Positions 12,601-24,310 of a stretch of 64,000 nucleotides of DNA are shown piece by piece (position 1 is the first letter of the stretch; the number at the start of each line of letters is the position of its first letter). Made by a program: the position numbers and the translations under genes. Below the pieces are notes generated by a model, which had not been told where the DNA came from, did not search any database, and saw only the letters and a program-made list of their open reading frames with translations. The DNA is from Setoptus koraiensis (lineage: Eukaryota > Animalia > Arthropoda), in contig CM106585.1 in the NCBI GenBank assembly GCA_048013815.1, positions 3,968,001 to 4,032,000 on the forward strand, given 5' to 3'.

Positions 12601-15600
12601 CTAGCTCAAAGTACTTACATAGAACGTTCAACTTGATGCTTGTGCCGATACGGGACGGATTGTTTTCGAAAATTGTCGCTGCCTCGTTGCCGTTTGAATT
12701 TGATGTCGAGCCGGAAAATTTTGGATTGACAGCTTGGCACGCTAATGTCACTTGATCATCTTCCGGTCTGACGATAAAACTCAACAAACTGCTGCTGCTT
12801 TGGCCAACCACCGACTCAGATATTGATTGGGCCTGAAAATGGGCCTGCGTTTGCGACAACAGTTTGTCATTTCTGAACCAATTAATGACGGCGCCAGGTT
12901 TAGAGCCGCTCGTAAGGCACACAAATTCCACTCTGTCGCCATGAGATACCGTGTGGGGGCCGGCCTCATGATCAGTTTGCTGCTGATGCTGTTGCTGTTG
13001 CTCTTGCGACACCTTGTAATAGCTCAATTTTCTCCTGCTCAATTGGTCCGTTATCTCTATATACTTTGGTTTGGCTGTGGTGTACGCGTATGGCACATGC
13101 CAAAAAGAGTTTGCATTCGTGATGCAACCATGTGTTATAAAGGTACATTCGATTAGAACAAGTGTCAAGTTGTGTTGTGTGGTAGTATTCAGGTGTAATA
13201 GGTTGTGCAGTTATGAAAGGCGAGCCCCATCTCATTCGCCAACAGAGAGAGAAGGCGGAAGTGGATCAATTGCACAACTTTGCGACGCCGAGACCAAGCA
13301 CGGACAGTCGCTGGTATTATACCAGTGGTACAGTGCAACAGCATAGACTGCATTGTGAAATCCACAATCGGATATCCACGATGGAAGGTGGCGACCAAAA
13401 ACGGCGATATTCACCGTGGATATTCACCTGGGGCTGTCCACTTTGCAGCCGTTTTAGATATCGGAGACCGTATCGCATAATACATGATATGACATAATAC
13501 ACGATATCACATAATACACGATATTGCATTATATCACAGAGCACACGATGTCACATGATGATAATATATCTAGAGCTCTACTGATACGGACTGGTCAGCG
13601 AGCATTTGTATCAATTGGCGATTGTGTTTTTGTCAAATCTAGTGTGCCGATGAGAAGTGGACAGTCGCTCGGGGCTACTCGGGGTGAACTTACTGTTAAT
13701 GTCCATTATGATTGACTTATACACGGGCGGCCTCAGATTGGTATTAGTGGCCTGGCAAGTGTAAACATAGTTGGCGAGCTCTTCCGTGATAGATGCAAAT
13801 GATAATGTTGCGCTCGCGGAGATACGCTCGCCCATGGTAAAATTTAAAGCAGTGGCACTTGTCGGGTGCACTATGGGGCTATTATTGGGGTTTGTCGTTG
13901 TTGTTGTTGTCGTTGTTGCGCTACCATTGGTAGTGTGTAGTGTCTGTTTTGGTCTGCGCCACCAGCTAATGTTTGCGTTTGGGCGCCCTAAATAAAGTGA
14001 GCCAGTGAGCGAGATAATGCACCAGATAGAGAGATGAGAGTAACGGTTAAGTATGTAGCTTGCGTAACAAGCTACATGTGTATCTATTTGTGCACTATTA
14101 AAACGCTTTCTGGCAGTCTGGTCACACACACACACACACACACACACTGGTCCTCAGAACTCTGGAATCTAGTGACTGGCCCCAAACTTTGCATCCAGTC
14201 ACTAGGTTCCAGCGTGCGCTTGTTGCAACCACTTTATGTGTGGTTGCATTAAAACTTTATCTGGCTCGTCGCTTTCCACAACTTACCGTCTAAGGCTGAA
14301 CAGGTCAAATTGAGTTTGGTGGCTTCATTGAAGGATTGAATGGTGGAAGAGGCACTTGTACGCATCAGTGTTTGTCCATTATCATAGATGTTCAGTTTGG
14401 TCACAGGCACTGTGTTCACATCGGCCACGATATGGTCACGTACGCGGATATAATGCGGATAGCGCGCATAATACGGATAGTGCGGATAATGTGGATAGTA
14501 CGGGTAATATGGATAGCACGGATGTGGCGCGGGGGCCAAACGGATATTCAAAGGGCAACAAAGCGACATTATTAGCATATATATGAGAAGAAGCGATATT
14601 AAATCATGATCAGCGTCATAGGCGGCCGTTTTGCGGGCCGCTTTTTGGGGCCCACCACATCATGAGCGAGATGGCACGGATTGATAGTGACAGCGCACCA
14701 TCGAGCAAACCGCCATTCGGTTGGAAACATTTGCGCCGTCGAGCAGACCATTAGCGCGGCCAGGCGATAGGCCATTATATTCATTTGGATCATCTATCAG
14801 GCATAAATATATTTGCCGCTGATATAGTTGATAATTAAGCGACTACTCACCTATAATTGATAGTCTAGTCAGCTGGTTGGTGGTGCGGGCATGACGGAAG
14901 TCCACGCGGCACCTATAGAGGCCCGCGTCCAGGTTGTTAACTTTACTTATCACGAGATAGGTCGACGGGAACTGTGACCAGTCAAATTGGCCCCTCTGGT
15001 CACTGTACGACGAGTAGTGTTTCGCTTTGGCCAGCCGGTTGCTGATTCTGGCCGCATTATCGCCGCTTGTGCCCGCTGTTGTTGTTGTTGTTGTTGCGGC
15101 CGAGCTATGGTACACGAGCTTGTTGTTGTTGTCGTTGCTGTTGTTGTTGCTGTCGGCTGTTTGCGGCTGGCCGCCGGACTGACCGTAGTGCTGGCGCGGT
15201 TTAAATTCAATTATTGCGAGCTTGCCGTCGCCATTAACCTGTTTTAGTGGGGGCTTTGTTTCTGGCGCTGGCCGCCAGCCCGTTGTCGCACCGTCGCCAT
15301 GATGCGTCGGGTGCGTCGGGTGCGGCCACCCGTCGGCGGCCCCCTCCGACGCGGACCGATTGCCGGCGGTGCCGCCTGATTTAGTTAGCGCATAATGGCG
15401 TGCGTCAATATTGTATATTGGCCTCAAATTATCATTGTGATACCAGAGCACAAATTGAACGCTGTCACGAGCCGTATCAAAATCGTCGCTGTCCCTGTCG
15501 TCGTCGTCGGCGCCCTCGAACGCGTTGCCCAGGGGACTCGCCGGCGAGCGCTTATCTCTCATTATTGTTTGCCCGCCCGCGTCCGGCTCTCCGGTGTCCG

Positions 15601-16662
15601 GCTCTCTGGTGTCCGGCTGTCGCGCAGCGCGCGAATTCGAATGCCAATTCGAATCGGGCTCCAAAGCCGCGCCACCTGTGCCGTTCGTGGGCCAATTTGT
15701 GAGCCGTCGTCGGCTCGCACATCCATTTGTGTCATCATCAATCATATCAATTGTTCGCCTGTGCCGCTGCTGCTGCGACTGTGCCGATTGTTGCTGTTGT
15801 TGTCGTTGCTGTAGTTGTTGCTGCTGCTGTCGTTGCTGCTGTTGTTGTCGCTGTTGTTGTTTCGCGACACCGAGCTCGCGCGAATAATGATTCCTGTTCC
15901 GTTGTTCCAGCGACCGCAGGCGACCCGCTGCCCGCGCGCCCCAATCTCCGTCTCGCGCCCCAATTGATACTAGCTCGGCCAACTGACCGCTTGCCGTCCA
16001 CCTGGCGATTTCACTGTCCGTCTGTGGTCGTTGTTGTTGTTGCTGCCGTTGTCGCTCGCTCGCCAGCGGGCTCGAAATTGAATATTTGCGCCCCACTGGG
16101 CGCCGCTCGCAATCGTTAGCTGGCCGACTGTGTCTTATCTTGGCTTGTGTGTGCGGCACGTATTTGTCGTCGCCACTACTTGAGCCGCTACCTGTGTCAA
16201 CAACAAAATAACCGTTTTCGGCATTATCCAGGCTCCTCTTGGCCAGGCCGGCAACGGCGCTGGCCGACGACGACGCCGCCGCCGCCGCCGCTGACGGTAA
16301 TGATGTTTCCATGGGCTCGATCACATCTTCTTCTTGGGCGCTGCTACTGCTGCTGTCCGACAGCTCTGGCGAGTCGTTGAAATTATCCAGTCTCGTGTCC
16401 AGTGGGTCGTCTGTTTTGGGCGACTGTTGCGCCCTCGGCTCGTCGCCGGCCAGCCCGAGCGATAATGATCTGGCCTCTTTAAATGGCGCGGTGGATACAA
16501 GTGGCAACTGCTCGGCACCACCGACGGCATCATCATAATCGGTGCTGCTCACCGAAGGCATTGTATTGTGGACAGGCGGTGTTAAATCACACGGAAGTCT
16601 GACAGTTGTGCCCAGCAAGGCGCTTATGACAACAATGTTATCTTTGCCGCTATCACTTGTCA
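9667..16662 (-). CDS. Sidestep/nephrin-like Ig-superfamily single-pass cell-adhesion receptor (V-set Ig + 4 Ig + FN3 + TM + low-complexity tail), gene body
   Basis: Inferred exons, all joining in frame with GT-AG boundaries: 16662-14851, 14409-14287, 13987-13694, 13074-12619, 12519-12422, 12304-12100, 11903-11583, 11489-9667 (possible extra intron 11141-11019). Ig motifs: LPCDL..LWY..DAGLYRCRVDF, LNLTCSALDG-GRPNANISWW..YTCQATN, VEFVCLTSGSKPGAVINWF..LACQAVN, LDCEIS-ANPP..YRCEAKNSIG, IICPIISDPP..IKCFASN. FN3: PDPPIDC..VECQPGVNGG..YSLIVYASNKNG. TM: MMYVIMSSSSFLIVFIIIAYV followed by KRSK. Confidence 0.88.
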
Positions 16663-17048
16663 CTGTTTGTCTGGTTGTGTGCTGGTTGGTGTCAATTGGT
16701 GACCGGGCTGTCATTGTTGGGCGCGCATATTGCGTCACATGGGCAATTTAAATGATGATATTAAACATACATGTTAGTTGGTTGGTTGGCAAGCAAACAA
16801 AAAAAGATTTTGTTAAAAAAAGTTAATTTGTCACAGGCGCGTTGTTTTAGCAAAACAATAAATAAATCACACCGAATAAAAGTTGCGCAATTTGTGGGGG
16901 CGCGATGGGCTGACATTCGGACCGTCCGAATCGGACGAGCAGTTATGGCACCGTGAGGCCATTTGCGGTTCGCCGTTGCATCGTTTGTTGCTGGCCGGTG
17001 CACGAATTGTCGACGCCGGGTGACGTCAGACCGTCGGCCAGCGTCAGA

Positions 17049-17191
17049 TTGTCGTCAGATTTTCGTCTGAATGTCGTCGGATTGTCGTCAGATTTTCGTT
17101 TGAATGTCGTCGGATTGTCGTCAGATTTTCGTCTGAATGTCGTCGGATTTTCGTCAGATTTTCGTCTGAATGTCGTCGGATTTTCGTCAGA
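17049..17191. repeat. 33-bp tandem repeat (about 4.3 copies) built of three 11-bp subunits
   Basis: Unit TTGTCGTCAGA-TTTTCGTCTGA-ATGTCGTCGGA, starting at 17049, 17082, 17115 and 17148. Confidence 0.9.
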
Positions 17192-18004
17192 TTGGGGCAC
17201 AACAGTGTCTGTGCGACTGTTCTTGTCGACACTCGACGGCGCCCCAGACAGACAAAAGGTCACCCACACCGTAAACTGTTGTTATGTAACAGTGAATGGT
17301 CTCGCCGACCGGTCATCGCGATGATGCAACAACAAAATATATCAACAACAACAACAACAACAAAATATATAAACAACAACAAAATATATAAACAACAAAA
17401 TCTATAACCAACAAAGTGTATAAACAACGAAATATATAAACAACAAGCGAATGATTGATGGCAATTAGCGAAAGTATTAGCCACGTTGCGCGATCATCAG
17501 CGTCACGCTGCAATCAGTAGAGAGGCCCCAACGAGCCCTCGATAGTATCGAGTCGATACTGGCCCAATAGCGACCCGGCTGCGGCCATAGCGGCCCGACA
17601 AACAAATGCTAGCCGACTAATTTATAGTCTAAATTGGTAGCCACGGCCGGCAGTTGGCACGTGATGGCGAGTATTTGTTGTTGTTGTTATTGCCATTATT
17701 GAGTGATGATGACCCAAAGAAATACAATATCTTGCCAGATCACGTATTCACTTGACTGCTATTGCGCATCGGATATTATTGCTGGCGCCAATGGTGCTAC
17801 AGCAATAATATCCGATACAAATGATATATACTGCTCGGCTGGTTTACGTTGCCACGCTATTGCTTGGCATGCTTTGGCTTGCCAAATTTTCCCCTCGGCC
17901 GCGCTGCCAACGGTGCGCCACAGCGGCGGCTTAAGCGGCAATTAAGAGCCTACATTGTATCCTGTTTATTTGCCAACCGAGCCGCTCGATACATGCATCT
18001 CGAT

Positions 18005-18120
18005 GTGTATATCTGGGCATATCTGGGTGTATATATCTGGGTGTATATATATATATATATCCAGATATATACACCCAGATATATATGCACCCAGATATAT
18101 ATATATACCCAGATATATAT
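18005..18120. repeat. inverted array of ATATCTGGGTGT-type units around a (TA)n core
   Basis: 18019-18040 is the exact reverse complement of 18061-18082 (22 bp). Confidence 0.85.
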
Positions 18121-19819
18121 AGAATATACGCCGAATATAGCGCATGTACCGTATATGCTACGAATAACGAGAAACAAAGTGCACACATAACGACCGACGA
18201 GCTGGGGCTCCCGTCGCGAACCGCGAGCCCTCAGTTGCAGCGACTGGCAACAAACAAAAAAGCGTCTCTATACGAGTCTTTACTTAGATACACAAGTTGC
18301 GTAGATGAGTTGTGGCGCAAGTTGCGTGTCTAATGGATATCAATTTGTTTTACAATCACACACAATTTGCGAGCGCATTCTCGACCGATTGTTTGCGGGC
18401 CCATCTTGGCAATCGTTGCCAGACCCGCTGTGAATGTTTGCCAATTCGTCCCCCCCCTCCCATTTCCAGTCCATGTTCGAGATGTGCCACTGGCGAGCTT
18501 CGAGCTCCAAGCTACAAGCCTCGAGCCACAAGCTTCGAGTTTTCGAGCCTCAAGCCCCAGTCCCGAGCCCCCAGCCAGATATCTGGCAAGTAGCGCGAGC
18601 GAACAACGACTCTTTTTTGTGGGACAATGGTCAATTATCCGTCCACTTGTCTCAATTTAGCCGGCCCGCCTTGTTTGGCCTCGGTCGCCCTCTTTCGGCC
18701 TCGTTCGGCCCTGTTCAGACACTTAAAACGAGCCGTCCCATTCATGGCTTCGTCGGCGGCCCCCATTAGGCCAATTTTCTGCGCGAGTGAAACAAATTGT
18801 CAGACTCGATCCGCCGTCTGAGCCGCCTCTTGAGTGTTATTGGCGCAACCTGTTAATATCCAGGTATCGGCCAGACAGTGGCCAGCGCCGGCACTGAGTG
18901 CGATCACTCGAGACTGACTGCGCCCACTTGCGCCGTGCTCATGTAAATATTACTCGAGAGTGTTGAGTCTAGACTGACCGTCGGTTGACATCGTTTTGAG
19001 CCGGCGTGTCGATTCGGCGATTCGGCAATTCGGCGATTTGGCGATTTGGTGATTTGGCGCACAAACAATAGCGCCAATAGGTCGAGAATAACTCTCGAAT
19101 AAGTCGCGAATGAGTCGCGAATAAGTGGCGAATAAGCGGCGATTGAGTCGCGAACAATCGCAAATAAGTTGTCGTGCGGCCGGCGACATTTGTCACATCG
19201 ATGCCGGCAACACTTGTTATCGGTTGGCCCGTTGGTGCCTAGCAGCGGTCACTACACAACGTGTGATATATTGTTAATGATAATAATAAATGACGATTTG
19301 CCTGTCCCTGGCCGTTGGCAGTTTGTCGCTGTTAAACTGTGCATGTTGCACGTATATTGGTTATGAATGGCGCCCTCTACGCGTTTAGTCAAGTAGACAA
19401 ACCAGACCAGCACGCATGATGCAATGTGTGCTTGCAAACACAACACTGAAGTCACTAAAGTCACTGAAGTCACTGAGGTCTCAACAACTGTTATGCAACA
19501 ACACACAAATGACTAATGATAATCTTATCGCAACCGGCAGCAAATGTGGCCAGCCAGCCAGCCGGTCAGCAAGACAGCCGGTCGGCAAGACAGCGAGCGA
19601 TACAAGCAGAGCAAAACTTGCAACAGTGGCGAAAGCAGTTTACCGGCCAGAGCATAACGGTTTCGATTTGTCAATGGCATTTGCATGCTTGCTCAACTTG
19701 TCAGCCCGCCGGACTCTCAGTGGCCGACAAGTGGCGCCCCCGGTCGCTCGCTCATCGGCGCTGGCCACCGATGACAATGCATGACCAGTTTGGCTTCAGT
19801 CTCGTCTGGCAAGACGCAC

Positions 19820-19973
19820 CATAAATCAGCGGTCGTTGTTGCCGCTGTTGTTGTTGCCGTCGTTGTTGGTGCCGCTGTTGTTGTTGCCGCTGTTGTTGTT
19901 GTTGTCGATGCCGCTGTTGGGCCAAGCAAACAATAATGACCAATAACTGACCAGAGGCAGCGCTGGGCCGCAT
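19820..19973 (-). CDS. candidate alternative first coding exon of the Ig receptor (signal-peptide-like N-terminus + poly-Q/R)
   Basis: ATG at 19973 gives MRPSAASGQLLVIIVCLAQQRHRQQQ...PLIY. It ends at a phase-1 G|GTGCGT donor (19819), compatible with the phase-1 acceptor at 16663. Sequence-only inference. Confidence 0.3.
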
Positions 19974-22029
19974 CTGATTTACGCCCGCCCGAGGAGCGCC
20001 ACGGAACGCGGAAACGCGCCCCAACGGCGGCCAGAGGATGCAGGCCAGCGCCACCCGGCGGCAGCTAGGCGGCAAGCCAATGAAGCGTCGAGCATGCAAC
20101 AACGGGCAACATCTCATTATTATGTAACCTTGTCGTTGTTTTAGCGCGCTCTTGCTCGCGCCATCTAATGAAGTCCGACCGGACATTGCGTTACAATGAA
20201 TCGAGCGCATGTTACATAACAAACGTTAGCACAGTATTGATGTGGCTGCCGGCGCGAGTGGGCCATCATGATTATCAGTAATTACAATTGCTTGTAATGT
20301 TATAATCAGTAGCGGCAGCCGATACCATCGAATAAATATCAAATGGTAGTAACGACCAACAGCGGCCATTCATTGGCCGATTAATGCCCCGTTACATAGT
20401 GGCAATATCATCATTATTGTTATATAACGTGGGCTGGCGTGAGCTGTTGGTACAGAGAGTTTTCGTCGCTCGCTGGCTTGTTTCTGGTCTTTACAAGTAG
20501 TGCAAGTGTTTGCAACGTGTCGTCGCTTGTTTTGTCACTGTTGGCGCTTTGTTATTATTGTAATTATTTATTGTTCGTTGTCGCTAGCGGCCAGTGGAGA
20601 GAAAAAGTTAATCATGACAAGATTAATTATGCGAACATGATCGCTAACGTGCTCATTGTTTGCCACTTGCCCGCCACGGGCATCGACGCCAGCAAAAACA
20701 AGGAATCACGGCCAACAAGATGACTCGTGCAAGCGACTCGTGGTCACCTTTCGTCTCTCACCAGCGTATGAGTCACACGTTGCGCGCTCTCACAATATAA
20801 GACTAGACTCATATGCCGCTCGCATGCAACATCAATGGCAGCATCAATGCATTGCACGTGCTGGCGCGGCGCGCCATATCGCACCGCGACAAATCGGTCG
20901 CATCACTAACGCGGCGTGTCCGGCAACATATCAACATATCAACGTTTGGCCGCATTAGTGTGCGATATGTTGCGGCCAGTAATGGTCGTTGCAGCAGCGA
21001 GATACTGCAGCATAATGATGTATTAGATAGCAAATGATACACTCTTGTGATATATTATACACAGTGGCGACGCGCACAGTGGAGCGTCGCTTTTGAACAA
21101 ATGCTAATGCACTGCAGTCGACTGTAATGCTAATGTTCCTAATCTTTGGCTTGTGGGCCCCAAATCGGGCTTTCCGGGGCTGCAACGCGCGCCAGAGGGC
21201 GCAAAGAAGGCGCAAAGCACGCGCAAGTCGCCGCACGAGCTGCACGCGATTCCGGGCGGGCCCGGCAAGCGAGCAAACGAGCCAGCGAGCCAGCGGCAAA
21301 CGGGCTGTCGCGAATCGCGATGCTCCGACGGTCGCCTGTCTCGGCACAATATCCCGCGCCGAGCCGCACCGAGCCTGACAGCGACGCAGCCGACGGGGCG
21401 ACTTGTTTGCACGAGGACGCTGGCACGACACGGTCGGCGGCAGGAAGAGCGGCCCAGCGAGCAAAAGGGCCAACCAAAAATGGCAAGCTCACGCAAAGAC
21501 ACACCAAAGAGCCCAAAACACACAACGTTTTGTTTTCGCCACGAGCTTGCCATTCATGCCTCGGCCACACAGCTAACAAGCGGGCGCGCCGGCGAGTTTC
21601 GCTGTCATGGTCGAGCGAGTTTGGGGCGCATCGCGATCTGATACGGCGGCGATACTGATACAGTCTAATGCGGCCACAATGTTGGGCACAGTGGCATTGG
21701 TGGCCGCGAGTCGTCGGCCCGCAACACAGCGAGTCCGCGGGCCGCGACACAACCGGATTCGGCCCGGTTGCGGGCGCCAAACTGAGACGCTAATCTGCAT
21801 ATATATTTGTTTGACGCGTGATTATTGTTTCAGCGACCGGGCCCAAAATTAAACCAATTGGACGCCAGGTGACGAGTGTCGGCGAATGTCTCGGCACTTG
21901 TTACGGGCGCGCTCGCCGGAGCGGCACTTGTCGCGCAGACTGTGCTGCTGTGATATCATGCTGTAGCTGCACCGACCGGCCAGATTCACAAGTGACTGGT
22001 GGCACATATCCGCAATACGCGTGCCATAC

Positions 22030-22119
22030 ACGTGCAATATAACGTGCAATATAACGTGCAATACACGCGCAATATAACGTGCAATGTAACGCGCAATATA
22101 ACGTGCAATGTAACGCGCA
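22030..22119. repeat. 12-bp tandem repeat (ACGTGCAATATA-like, about 7 copies)
   Basis: Read directly from the sequence. Confidence 0.8.
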
Positions 22120-23234
22120 GCGATAAAACGCGCGCTGGCAAACACACTGTGCGACGCACACAGACAGTGGGGCCCCTCGGCAGCCGAGCCTCGGCTGCCT
22201 GTTAATGGTGGCCAAGTGGAGCATGCCGGACGACGACATCGCACTCATTAGACGGTTTGGCTCGCTCTTTGGCTGGTGTCTTGCGAGCGGGCGCGCGCAC
22301 GAACAAAATCAATTTAAATAGACAAATTACAGAGATAACGAGCCAGCGATAAAAGCAGACGAAAGTTTTATTTTACAACTTTGCCAGGCCAGTGCACACT
22401 TGAGGCGCCGCCAATCATCAGGTGACAGGCGAGCGGGCGACAACGAGTTGCGGCCGGTATCGCGAAATCGCTACATCGCCGAGTCGCCGAGTCGCTGCAT
22501 CGCTGCATCGCGGGCCAGCCTGATCAAGCGACGAGCGGGGCCAACTTGATGAAGCGACAAGACGAGCCAGCAAACAAACAATTCAATTTGGATAATTCCG
22601 TCGCGAGTCGCGACGGTCGCACGCAGTCGCTGGCAGTCGCTGGCAGTCGGCAGTCACCAATGAGCAGTGAGCGGACAGTGCTGTAAATGGGCAGTAACGA
22701 CTGTTTAACGGCGGCCGCCGCATGCAAATTGGGGCCGGTTGGCGGCCGTTGCGAGCCGCTTCGAACGGCTTCGAGCTGCTTCGAATGGCTGCGAGAACGA
22801 GAATTAGAGTGGTCGCCGCGTTGGCTGCGTGGCTCCAATCATCAGTCAGCGCGCTGCAACCCAAATTAAGCGAGACAGGCCCACGCGCAGGGACAGACGC
22901 ACGACGGACGGCCAGCCAGCCAGCGACTAATGGCAGATCCGCGCCCCAGATAAAGCGGCTTTATAATGGGGCCTCTTATCTCGCTTGTCGGCGTCACTGT
23001 TGCCGTTGCCGCTGTTGCTGCTGTTGAAAATTGGCGAATTTCCCAATTGGACGAGTTGCCGCGAGTTGCCGCGAGTTGCCGCGAGTTGGCGCGAGTTGGC
23101 GCGAGTTGGCACGAGTGGACACAGTTGCAAGTTGGCTGCGATGAGCTCGCACGAGACGAGATGAGCGCTGGGCGAGATAGGCGAGCCACGAGAGCGCCAA
23201 CTCGACGACACAAACGAGCCACTTGAGCTCGCCA

Positions 23235-23399
23235 TCTCGAGTCTCCGTCCCGCCGTCTCGAGTCTCCGTCCCGCCGTCTCGAGTCTCGCTACTAGCGAGT
23301 CGCCAGAGATGCTGTTATCCCCGAAATGGAGTCGCTCTCTGTACACAGTCCGCATAGAGTCCGCATAGAGTCCGCATAGAGTCCGCATAGAGTGCGCAT
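23235..23399. repeat. 21-bp repeat (TCTCGAGTCTCCGTCCCGCCG, x2.5) and 11-bp repeat (AGTCCGCATAG, x4-5)
   Basis: The 21-mer starts at 23235, 23256 and 23277; the 11-mer runs from 23347. Confidence 0.85.
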
Positions 23400-24194
23400 G
23401 CAGTTGAGATACAGTCCGCGGCAATTTTGCATAATTTATTAGTTGGCCCAAACAACATATTTCAAGCTAATGAGCTACCATTGTCGTTGGCCGTGCTGTC
23501 GTCTAGTGGCGCTTTGCGGCAGCAGCACCGGCACTATGTGGCAGCAGTAACGTGCTGCGAAACAAGCTGCAGTTGATAACGGTACAAGGTAACGGTTATT
23601 AGGTAATACTTGGCGGCTGTTTAAATTTGCATCTGTTCGCTGCGGATACCTTAATGTTGTTTGCGTATGCAAATGAACGCGCCCAAGACAAGACAACAAA
23701 TTGCTGGGGCCGTGCTTCAAATTGACTCAACTGTTACGTCACTATTACGTTACGATGCTTGCTATAACTGTTACAAATACGCCCGCTGTATAACTGTATT
23801 GGCCTCTGGATAGTCCACATCTAACAAGTGCATGCAAACCCGCCAAACACGCCGGGTCTCACGGCAAGAGGCGCTGCAAAACATTAGCATGTCAATTGTG
23901 TAACATGATACACACTTTAAGTGCGTTGCATTTAATGTATCTATAATGTGTTTATACATACATTCTAAACATTACAAGCACATGATTATAGTTTGTTGTG
24001 TGACTTGCTGAATGTAATCGTCGATTTGATTAATGGCCAGCGACTTTATATTGACTTGGATCGCTATTATTCAAATTGACGGCCATCTGACGCCGCCAAA
24101 TGGGACGTCGGTGTTTTGTCGACTTTTGGCCCCCGAACTTGAGGGCCCAAAGTGAAAACGCGCCCAGCCAAACACAATCCACCTTGCCGAGCAA

Positions 24195-24310
24195 TTTGTA
24201 AATTTGTAAATTCGTAAATTTGTAAATTCGTAAATTCGTAAATTTGTAAATTCGTAAATTCGTAAATTTGTAAATTTGTTAAATTTGTAAATTTGTAAAT
24301 TTGTTAAATT
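24195..24310. repeat. 8-bp tandem repeat (TT[T/C]GTAAA)n
   Basis: Read directly from the sequence. Confidence 0.85.

Noticed and set aside
17049-17191. 33-bp repeat, and the 22-bp (33391) and 19-bp (62431) repeats, as CRISPR arrays
   Set aside because: The units are head-to-tail with no unique spacers, there are no cas genes, and the context is a spliced eukaryotic locus.
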